Source: Planctomycetaceae bacterium (GTDB taxonomy: Bacteria > Planctomycetota > Planctomycetia > Planctomycetales > Planctomycetaceae). From it: a stretch of 24,000 nucleotides of DNA. The DNA is taken from assembly GCA_017795105.1 (NCBI GenBank), contig CP051247.1, positions 2,925,226 through 2,949,225 on the forward strand. Reading direction: 5' to 3'. The notes below the pieces were generated by a model. It saw only the letters and a program-made list of their open reading frames with translations. It ran no database searches and was not told the DNA's origin. Of the stretch, positions 17,414 to 24,000 are shown piece by piece. Each line of letters begins with the position of its first letter. Position 1 is the stretch's first letter. Both the position numbers and the translations under genes were made by a program.

Positions 17414-18262
17414 TCAGTTAAAGGTGTTCGGATTCAGCGGGGCTCCTTCGAGCCCGTCGACCAGTTCGCGAAACAGACGCAGTCCCTGCCATTCTGCCGA
17501 ACCGAACTGGAAGTGAAGATTGTCACGCAGATAGTCATGGGCCGTCTCGACGCTGATGCCCAGCGGGCCGGCCTCGCGGGCAGCGATCTCCGGCAATCGG
17601 GCCAGCCCTCGATCACGGGCCTCTTCGAGCAGGTCGGCCAGCTGCGGATTCACGGCTGATTTCCGAGTCACCCACATGGCGAACACAAACGGCAAGCCGG
17701 TCCAGGTGACCCATTCTTCGCCCAGATCCCACGTGGCGACGAACTCTTCCTGGGGCGGATGAATCGCCCGATCGCCAATCAACAGGATCGCATCGGCATC
17801 GGTATCAGCCGGGGACGACTTCAGCGGCAGCGGTCGCAGTTCCGGAATGACGCCATAGCGTTCCTGCAGCATCACGCGTGTCAGAGCCGCGCTGGTGCGG
17901 GATCCTTCATCGAGCGCCAGTGAACGAATATCTCCGAGCGGGACCCGGGAATACAGTTTCACACTGAGCACCGGGCCACGGGTCGCGATGCAGGCATCGG
18001 AGATGATCTCGTAATCGGGATCGCCGAAGAACTCGACCGAGGGGATCAATGCGACATCGAGCAGGCCCTGGGAAAGTTCATCCGCAAGACGGCTGGGCAC
18101 CTTGAGCACCAGGTTGTCCGGGGCCAGATTCCTGTCCAGACCTTCAATCAATGGCTTTGTATTCAGGTAGGAAACCGCTCCGACCCGCGCACCAGAGACA
18201 GGAGGCAAGGTCTCCCCAGCCTCTCCTGTCGTTACATCCCAATCCAACGTCGAACCGCTCAT
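17414..18262 (-). CDS. mqnA: Chorismate dehydratase MqnA (futalosine pathway)
   Basis: 282-aa ORF with the MqnA-type pattern VGAVSYLNTKPLIEGL, LLDVALIPSVEF, GSRTSAALTRVML, ILLIGDRAI and DLGEEWVTWTGLPFVFAMWV. It lacks the SPCPND motif I associate with the paralogue MqnD. Confidence 0.85.
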   Translation of the reverse strand: MSGSTLDWDVTTGEAGETLPPVSGARVGAVSYLNTKPLIEGLDRNLAPDNLVLKVPSRLADELSQGLLDVALIPSVEFFGDPDYEIISDACIATRGPVLSVKLYSRVPLGDIRSLALDEGSRTSAALTRVMLQERYGVIPELRPLPLKSSPADTDADAILLIGDRAIHPPQEEFVATWDLGEEWVTWTGLPFVFAMWVTRKSAVNPQLADLLEEARDRGLARLPEIAAREAGPLGISVETAHDYLRDNLHFQFGSAEWQGLRLFRELVDGLEGAPLNPNTFN

Positions 18263-18580
18263 GTCTTCGAAATATCTTGCTGTAGAGAGTCGCTCTGCAT
18301 TTGCAACGCGGCTATTCCACGAGTATTGAACATGAAATCCGTGACATCATATCGGGTCACCGAGTGTCGTACCAGATCCGGGAACTGTGTAATGTTGTCG
18401 CATCAATCGATCGCGATGCACCAGTTCCGATCTGTATCGAAAGACAGGGAACGCTGGGACCGGACCGCGCGTTTCGCTAGGATGGGGGGCTTGACAACGC
18501 GTCGCCTCAACCCGGAGCCGGGATGCAGTCGCCGTTGCGACACGATGTACGAACGCATTTGAAGAAACAGGCAACAACTG

Positions 18581-19885
18581 ATGGCAGAGCAGCAACCGAT
18601 GCGGGTCGCGATTGTCGGACTGGGCACGGTCGGATCGGGCGTGGTCAAAATCCTCCTCGAACAGGCCGAACGCATCCAGCGGCGGACCAATCGCAAGATC
18701 GAAGTTGTTTCGGTCATCGTCCGCAATCCGACCAAGACACGCTCCATCTCGATCGCCGATGACCTCATCGACACCTCACTCGACGTGATCGAGGATCCCG
18801 AGATCGATGTTGTCTGCGAACTCATCGGGGGCACGACCACCGCTGGTGATGTCGTCCGTCAGGCGCTCCAGGCGGGCAAGCATGTCGTGACCGCCAACAA
18901 AGCGCTTCTCTGCGAACAGGGCGACGAACTGTTCAAAATCGCCCGCGAGCAGAAACGGGCCATCTGCTTTGAAGCCGCGGTCGCTGGTGGCGTGCCGATT
19001 ATCGAAGCCGTCTCCGAATCCCTTTCCGGGAACCAGATCACTTCGATCGAAGCGATCCTGAACGGCACCAGCAACTACATCCTGACCGAAATGCTGGAGC
19101 GAAACGCGTCCTATGAAGACGCCGTCGCGATGGCGCAGAAGAAAGGCTACGCCGAAGCCGATCCTTCGATGGATGTCGACGGCACCGACGCCGCCCAGAA
19201 GCTGACGATTCTGACCCAACTGGCGTTCGGCACCAAGGTCGATCCCAAGCAGTTCCTGCGCCAGGGCATCGACAAGCTCGAACTGACCGACCTGCAGTAT
19301 GCCGACGAACTTGGCTATCGCGTGAAGCTGCTGGCCGTGGCTCGGCTCGATTCCGGCGCGCTCGAGATGCATACGCAGCCCACGCTGATCCACAAACATC
19401 AGCCAATGGCCGAAGTCTACGACGCCTACAATATGATCGAACTCGAAGGGGACGCCGTCGGCCGCACCTGGTTCGCCGGAATGGGTGCCGGCCAGATGCC
19501 GACCGCCTCGGCTGTGGTCTCCGATCTGATTGATCTGGCCGTGGGGCGGGCTCAGCTTTCCTTCCCGCTGCTCGACCTGTGGCAGAAACAGAAACCTCTG
19601 CCGGTTCTGCCGGCCGAAGACATTCAACGTCGCTACTATCTGCGGTTCCGCGTGAAAGACGAGCCGGGCGTGATGGCCGCTCTCACTACGATCCTGGGAG
19701 AGAACGGGATCAGCATCAACTCCTGCATTCAGCACGAAACCGATCCCGTGTCACCCCCGAGCACCGTGCCGCTGGTCATCATGACCCACGAATGCACCGA
19801 AGGACAGATGCGAGCCGCCGATGCGGCTCTCTCGGAATGTCCCAAGATCCTGAATCCGTTTTTACGCCTGCCGATCCGAGACTGA
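18581..19885 (+). CDS. hom: Homoserine dehydrogenase with C-terminal ACT domain
   Basis: 434-aa ORF. NAD-binding MRVAIVGLGTVGSGVVKIL, then VVTANKALL and catalytic-domain LNGTSNYILTEM and EADPSMDVDGTDAAQKL. ACT-like YYLRFRVKDEPGVMAALTTILGENGISI. Confidence 0.93.
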   Translation: MAEQQPMRVAIVGLGTVGSGVVKILLEQAERIQRRTNRKIEVVSVIVRNPTKTRSISIADDLIDTSLDVIEDPEIDVVCELIGGTTTAGDVVRQALQAGKHVVTANKALLCEQGDELFKIAREQKRAICFEAAVAGGVPIIEAVSESLSGNQITSIEAILNGTSNYILTEMLERNASYEDAVAMAQKKGYAEADPSMDVDGTDAAQKLTILTQLAFGTKVDPKQFLRQGIDKLELTDLQYADELGYRVKLLAVARLDSGALEMHTQPTLIHKHQPMAEVYDAYNMIELEGDAVGRTWFAGMGAGQMPTASAVVSDLIDLAVGRAQLSFPLLDLWQKQKPLPVLPAEDIQRRYYLRFRVKDEPGVMAALTTILGENGISINSCIQHETDPVSPPSTVPLVIMTHECTEGQMRAADAALSECPKILNPFLRLPIRD

Positions 19886-19976
19886 CGACGACTTAACAGC
19901 TGCCCCGTCACCCCTGGCAGTGGTACAGACATTCTCAGTAGATGCCAACTTTGTCGGAATACTCCTGAGTTACCGA

Positions 19977-20016
19977 AAGGGATGGCTCCGAAAGATTCTT
20001 TCGGGGCGGCGCAGCC
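19977..20016 (+). repeat. Class E stem-loop repeat, copy E2
   Basis: aagggatggctccgaaagattctttcggggcggcgcagcc. Perfect 7-bp stem ccgaaag (19988-19994), loop att, ctttcgg (19998-20004). Lies 91 nt after the hom stop, in sense orientation. Confidence 0.7.
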
Positions 20017-20123
20017 TGAGGAGTGGAATTCAATCACGTTCCCCTTTGGGGACAATGTGCTGAAACTGCGACGGAGACCATGACGACAATTTGACCCCTC
20101 AGCGACTCGAGGAGACTGACGAG

Positions 20124-21509
20124 ATGCGACAGCTGATCGGACGCGTGCTGGTTCTGAGCGGATTGGCTCTTCTGGCGTTGACCTCTTCGCTTACCGCGGC
20201 TGAGCAGCCGCATATTGTCCTGATGCTTGCCGACGATCTCGGCTGGGGAGATGTCGGCTATCACGGCAGCCGAATCTCGACGCCGAACATCGACAGGCTC
20301 GCCGCCCGGGGCGTGCAGTTCAATCAGTTGTACGTGCAGCCGGTCTGCTCACCGACGCGGGCTTCGCTGATGTCCGGCCGGTATCCGATGCGATACGGCC
20401 TGCAGTGTGGCGTCGTTCGACCCTGGGCCGACTACGGACTTCCGCTCGATGAGCGAACGCTTCCACAGGCATTGAACGACGTCGGCTATGAAACCGCGGT
20501 CTGCGGCAAGTGGCACCTCGGCCACTCGCGACCCGAGTATCTGCCGACGAGCCGCGGGTTCGATCATCAGTACGGGCACTACAACGGTGCAATTGACTAC
20601 TTCAAACTCGAACGGGACGGCGGCCACGACTGGCATCGGGACGACAAGCGTCTTGACGAGGAAGGCTACTCGACAAACCTCATCGCCGACGAAGCAAGCC
20701 GGCTGATCAAAGAACACGACCAGAGCCGCCCGCTGTTTCTTTACGTCCCTTTCAACGCCCCCCATACGCCACTGCAGGCTCCCCAGAAATACATCGATCA
20801 ATACAAGCACTACAAGCAGAGGGATCGCCAGGTTTATGCGGCCATGGTCACGTGCATGGACGACGCCGTCGGGCAGATTGTTGATGCTCTCGAAACGGCG
20901 AAGTTCCCCGCCGACAACACCCTGATCTTCTTCTGCTCCGACAACGGCGGGATTCCCAAGCTCGGTTCGAATCGCGAACTCCGTTCCGGGAAAGGTCGTC
21001 TCTACGAGGGTGGAGTCCGTGTACCTGCCGTCATGGTCTGGGAAAACAGGCTGCCGGCGGGCGGCGAAGTCAACGCGGCTCTACACATTGTCGACCTCTA
21101 CCCGACCTTCCTGAAACTCGCCGGAGCCTCGCTCGAACAGAAGAAACCCCTCGACGGCCGCGATGCCTGGCCGGCGATTGCCGAGGGAGCCGAGTCGCCC
21201 CACGACTTCATTCTGCACAACTCCACGCCATTCCACGGTGCCCTGCGTTCCGGCCCCTGGAAGATCGTTCACAACGGCGATGTCACAGCGAATACCACGA
21301 AAGAACCCGACCAGCAGGTCTGGGAACTGTTCAACATCGAACAGGACCCTTCCGAGAAGAAGAATGTCGCCGATAAGCATCCGCGTGTCTTCGAACGCCT
21401 CAAGCAGCAGCTGACGGAACTGGCCGCCAAAGCTCACGAACCCAACATTCCCCCCAACCGAGCCCCCGGCGATTTCCAGGTTCCGGCTGTCTGGGGAGAG
21501 TTCAATTGA
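20124..21509 (+). CDS. Arylsulfatase (Cys-type, formylglycine-dependent), secreted; paralogue of 10175..11740
   Basis: In the frame of track ORF 20091..21509. ATG at 20124 is preferred: GGAG lies 9 nt upstream and the product begins with the signal peptide MRQLIGRVLVLSGLALLALTSSLTAAE. Motifs HIVLMLADDLGWGDVG, the FGly site CSPTRASLMSGR, GKWHLG, PFNAPHTP and FCSDNGG. Confidence 0.9.
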   Translation: MRQLIGRVLVLSGLALLALTSSLTAAEQPHIVLMLADDLGWGDVGYHGSRISTPNIDRLAARGVQFNQLYVQPVCSPTRASLMSGRYPMRYGLQCGVVRPWADYGLPLDERTLPQALNDVGYETAVCGKWHLGHSRPEYLPTSRGFDHQYGHYNGAIDYFKLERDGGHDWHRDDKRLDEEGYSTNLIADEASRLIKEHDQSRPLFLYVPFNAPHTPLQAPQKYIDQYKHYKQRDRQVYAAMVTCMDDAVGQIVDALETAKFPADNTLIFFCSDNGGIPKLGSNRELRSGKGRLYEGGVRVPAVMVWENRLPAGGEVNAALHIVDLYPTFLKLAGASLEQKKPLDGRDAWPAIAEGAESPHDFILHNSTPFHGALRSGPWKIVHNGDVTANTTKEPDQQVWELFNIEQDPSEKKNVADKHPRVFERLKQQLTELAAKAHEPNIPPNRAPGDFQVPAVWGEFN

Positions 21510-21571
21510 TTAATCTCACTTGGGTGAACCGGCCGTTCAATCCGATGGATGCCCAATCGTAGCGATCCTTC

Positions 21572-23338
21572 ATGACAGCCATTCTGGGTATCTCCGGCTT
21601 CTATCACGATTCCGCCGCGGCTCTCGTGATCGATGGTGAGATCATTGCCGCTGCTCAGGAAGAACGCTTCACGCGACGCAAACACGAGAGCGGCTTTCCG
21701 AAGCAGGCCATCGCGTACTGTCTTGCGGAAGCCGGCCTGACTGATTCACAGCTCGACTACGTCGGCTTCTACGAGAAACCGCTGCTCAAATTTGATCGAC
21801 TGCTGCAGACGTATCTCGCCGTGGCACCCCGAGGCTATCGCTCCTTCGCCACGGCGATTCCACTCTGGTTGAAAGAAAAGCTGCACGTCTCCCGCATTAT
21901 TCGCCGCGAACTCGGGCAGCGGTTCCAGAAGCGGGTCGTTTTCACCGGACATCATCAGGCGCACGCCGCCAGTGCGTTCTTTCCCTCGCCATTCGATGAA
22001 GCGGCCATCCTGACCATCGACGGCGTCGGCGAATGGAGCACCGCCAGTTTCGGCTCGGGACGGGGAAACCGGATCGAACTCACAAACGAACTCCGATTTC
22101 CGCATTCGCTCGGCCTGCTCTATTCCGCCTTCACCCAATACTGCGGCTTCAAAGTCGACTCGGGGGAATACAAACTGATGGGCCTCGCTCCCTATGGCCA
22201 GCCGGTCTTCGCCGATCGCATCCGACAGAAGCTCGTCGACATCAAACCGGACGGCTCACTTCGGCTCGACATGCAGTACTTCGACTACTGCAGTGGACTG
22301 ACGATGATTAACCGCCGGTTTGAAGATCTGTTCGGACAGCCGAAACGGAAACCCGAAGGTGGACTCACCCAGCACTACAAAGACATCGCCGCTTCCATTC
22401 AACTCGTGACCGAAGAGGTGCTGCTCAGGATGGCCGAGCACGTCCATCGGCTGACCGGACAGAAGCGGCTCTGCCTCGCTGGCGGCGTCGCCTTGAACTG
22501 TGTCGCCAACGGACGCCTGCGTCGCGAAGGTCCGTTCGACGATCTCTGGATTCAACCGGCTGCCGGCGACGCGGGCGGAGCGTTGGGAGCTGCGCTGCTC
22601 ATCTGGCATCAACTGCTCGACAAGCCTCAAGAGTTCCGAGCGGGCGACACCATGCACGGTTCCCTGCTCGGTCCGGAATTCACGGAGAGCCAGATCGAAG
22701 AATCACTTCGGGAAGCGGAAGCCGTGTTCCGAACGACTGCAGACGAAGCGGAACTGTTCCAGCAGACCGCCAGTTTCCTCGCGGCTGGCAAAGTGGTCGG
22801 CTGGTTTCAGGGACGCATGGAATTCGGACCGCGGGCACTCGGCAACCGCAGTATTCTCGGCGATCCACGCGATCCTCAGATGCAGTCGCGGATGAATCAG
22901 AAGATCAAGTTCCGCGAATCGTTCCGCCCCTTCGCCCCGGCTGTCCTCGCCGAGCATACGGAGGATCACTTCGAAATGGACGGGATTGCGGAAAGCCCTT
23001 ACATGCTGCTGACGACGCAGGTCCGCTCGGAACTTCCGGCCATCACCCACGTCGACGGCTCTGCACGGGTGCAAACCGTCGATACCAGCCGCAATCCCCG
23101 GTTCGCGAATCTACTGAAAGAGTTCCTTCGACAGACCGGCTGCCCGGTGTTGATCAACACGAGCTTCAACGTCCGGGGAGAACCGATCGTCCGCACTCCA
23201 GCCGAGGCGTACCGCTGTTTCATGCGAACCGATATGGATGCTCTGGTTATCGGAAACCGCATCCTGCTCAAAGACGAGCAGCCTGCAGCCACGCGCGATC
23301 GACTTCGATCCGAACAGAACCCATTGGGAGACGACTGA
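21572..23338 (+). CDS. Carbamoyltransferase, NodU/CmcH/TobZ family (two-domain)
   Basis: 588-aa ORF. N-terminal ASKHA/Kae1-like signature MTAILGISGFYHDSAAALVIDGEIIAAAQEERFTRRKHE, then HHQAHAASAFF, TIDGVGEW and LCLAGGVALNCVANG. C-terminal domain FGPRALGNRSILGDPR, FRPFAPAV, HVDGSARVQTV and LINTSFN. Confidence 0.9.
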   Translation: MTAILGISGFYHDSAAALVIDGEIIAAAQEERFTRRKHESGFPKQAIAYCLAEAGLTDSQLDYVGFYEKPLLKFDRLLQTYLAVAPRGYRSFATAIPLWLKEKLHVSRIIRRELGQRFQKRVVFTGHHQAHAASAFFPSPFDEAAILTIDGVGEWSTASFGSGRGNRIELTNELRFPHSLGLLYSAFTQYCGFKVDSGEYKLMGLAPYGQPVFADRIRQKLVDIKPDGSLRLDMQYFDYCSGLTMINRRFEDLFGQPKRKPEGGLTQHYKDIAASIQLVTEEVLLRMAEHVHRLTGQKRLCLAGGVALNCVANGRLRREGPFDDLWIQPAAGDAGGALGAALLIWHQLLDKPQEFRAGDTMHGSLLGPEFTESQIEESLREAEAVFRTTADEAELFQQTASFLAAGKVVGWFQGRMEFGPRALGNRSILGDPRDPQMQSRMNQKIKFRESFRPFAPAVLAEHTEDHFEMDGIAESPYMLLTTQVRSELPAITHVDGSARVQTVDTSRNPRFANLLKEFLRQTGCPVLINTSFNVRGEPIVRTPAEAYRCFMRTDMDALVIGNRILLKDEQPAATRDRLRSEQNPLGDD

Positions 23339-23342
23339 GCGA

Positions 23343-23753
23343 ATGGAATCCTTCCGAACAGCGATCGAACCCCGTTCTGAGCGGGATCTGCGGGTTTTCG
23401 CCCTGCTGCAGTTCCCGTTCGCATTGCTGCTCGCCTGGGGGCTGAACGCGGACCAGTCGACACTGATCGGGCTCGCCACGATTTCCGGATTGCTCGCGCT
23501 GATAACGATGGTCCGTCCGCTGGTCATCCGCCCGCTCTATCTGTGCTGGATGGCAATCGCGGCTCCGATTGGCTTTTTCATCTCGCATTTTCTCATGGCG
23601 ATAGTGTACTATAGTCTGGTCACGCCCATCGGGCTTTATCGCCGCTGGCGGCACGGGGATCCTCTGCAGCGTTCGTTCGAACCGACTGCCGAGAGTTACT
23701 GGCAGAAAACCACCCGGCCGCAGCGAGCGGAAGATTACTTTCGTCATTTCTGA
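23343..23753 (+). CDS. SxtJ-like small membrane protein
   Basis: In the frame of track ORF 23238..23753, with the start set at ATG 23343 (MESFRTAIEP), 4 nt after the carbamoyltransferase stop. 136 aa with 3-4 hydrophobic helices. The C-terminal pattern VTPIGLYRRWRHGDPLQRSFEPTAESYWQK resembles the SxtJ family as I remember it. Confidence 0.65.
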   Translation: MESFRTAIEPRSERDLRVFALLQFPFALLLAWGLNADQSTLIGLATISGLLALITMVRPLVIRPLYLCWMAIAAPIGFFISHFLMAIVYYSLVTPIGLYRRWRHGDPLQRSFEPTAESYWQKTTRPQRAEDYFRHF

Positions 23754-23758
23754 CACCC

Positions 23759-23983
23759 ATGGCCATTCCGCCGTCGATCCCGGACAATCAGCCATTGGCT
23801 GGTTCTGACTTCGAACGCGCAGCCGCCGGATCCGATCCGGGACTGATCGCCGAGTTCGCCCTGTTTCTCCGCGAACACAAAGCCTGGTGGATGATCCCGA
23901 TCCTGCTCAGCCTCGCCCTCATCGGAGCCGCCGTCTGGCTCAGCACGACCTCAATCGCCCCATTCATCTACCCGCTGTTTTAA
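23759..23983 (+). CDS. DUF5989 / SxtK-like small single-pass membrane protein
   Basis: 74-aa ORF starting 5 nt after the previous stop. Tail FLREHKAWWMIPILLSLALIGAAVWLSTTSIAPFIYPLF (basic patch, one TM helix, terminal APFIYxLF) matches my recollection of the DUF5989 family found after carbamoyltransferase/SxtJ genes. Confidence 0.6.
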   Translation: MAIPPSIPDNQPLAGSDFERAAAGSDPGLIAEFALFLREHKAWWMIPILLSLALIGAAVWLSTTSIAPFIYPLF

Positions 23984-24000
23984 CGGCCGGTTGTCACGCG

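Noticed and set aside
18263-18580. The 318-bp, lower-GC divergent spacer between mqnA and hom, as a possible riboswitch, attenuator or small ORF. It includes the 78-aa ORF 18326..18562 and small alternative hairpins around 18501-18540.
   Set aside because: No known riboswitch core (SAM, Lys or Thr-leader type) is recognisable. The ORF is not protein-like and there is no Thr/Ile-rich leader peptide. It probably just holds two divergent promoters. It is worth an Rfam scan, but nothing here is supportable by eye.
19919-19945. Second copy of class D hairpin (agtggtacagacattctcagtagatgc).
   Set aside because: Only the 5' half matches D1 (14 of 16 nt). The 3' arm is eroded, leaving a weak 5-of-6-bp stem. 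I treat it as a decayed relic and mention it under the D1/B1 finding rather than listing it as a feature.
20964-20973. GGTTCGAATC, a tRNA T-arm-like decamer.
   Set aside because: It lies inside the sulfatase coding frame (LGSNRE), and no acceptor, D or anticodon arms can be drawn around it. No tRNA is supported anywhere in the window.

Overview
GC-rich bacterial chromosomal segment (hand counts give about 60% G+C in coding regions). The gene content looks Planctomycetota-like: two Cys-type sulfatases plus an aerobic formylglycine-generating enzyme (FGE), futalosine-pathway mqnA/mqnC, weak or absent Shine-Dalgarno sites, and abundant intergenic hairpin repeats. That taxonomic guess is inference only.

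I support 20 protein-coding genes:
- an edge-truncated secreted protein (1-619, minus strand, missing from the supplied ORF track)
- moeA, lnt, trpC, FGE, an orphan membrane protein, lysS, a secreted PDZ protein, sulfatase 1, ada
- a membrane EEP hydrolase, mutY, a short SUOX-fold molybdoenzyme, mqnC, mqnA, hom, sulfatase 2
- a carbamoyltransferase followed by SxtJ-like and DUF5989/SxtK-like small membrane proteins

I saw no rRNA, tRNA, CRISPR array, transposase or prophage gene. This is mostly housekeeping DNA, and I did not find a clear-cut new multi-gene machine such as a defence island.

Four things are not explained by the gene list:
1. Almost every intergenic gap carries short GC-rich stem-loop repeats, in at least five sequence families (A-E). 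Family A has the GTAG-head-plus-palindrome architecture of REP elements and includes an inverted REPIN-like doublet. Family C is a two-hairpin composite with compensatory stem substitutions. Families C and E share an AAGG(G)ATGGCYC head.
2. The carbamoyltransferase/SxtJ-like/SxtK-like cassette is a conserved trio with no known acceptor.
3. A translationally coupled SUOX-fold enzyme/MutY/membrane-EEP unit lies beside ada.
4. A G13 homopolymer and a G-quadruplex-capable motif sit in the trpC/FGE divergent spacer.

All protein family assignments rest on motif recognition by eye, not on database searches.
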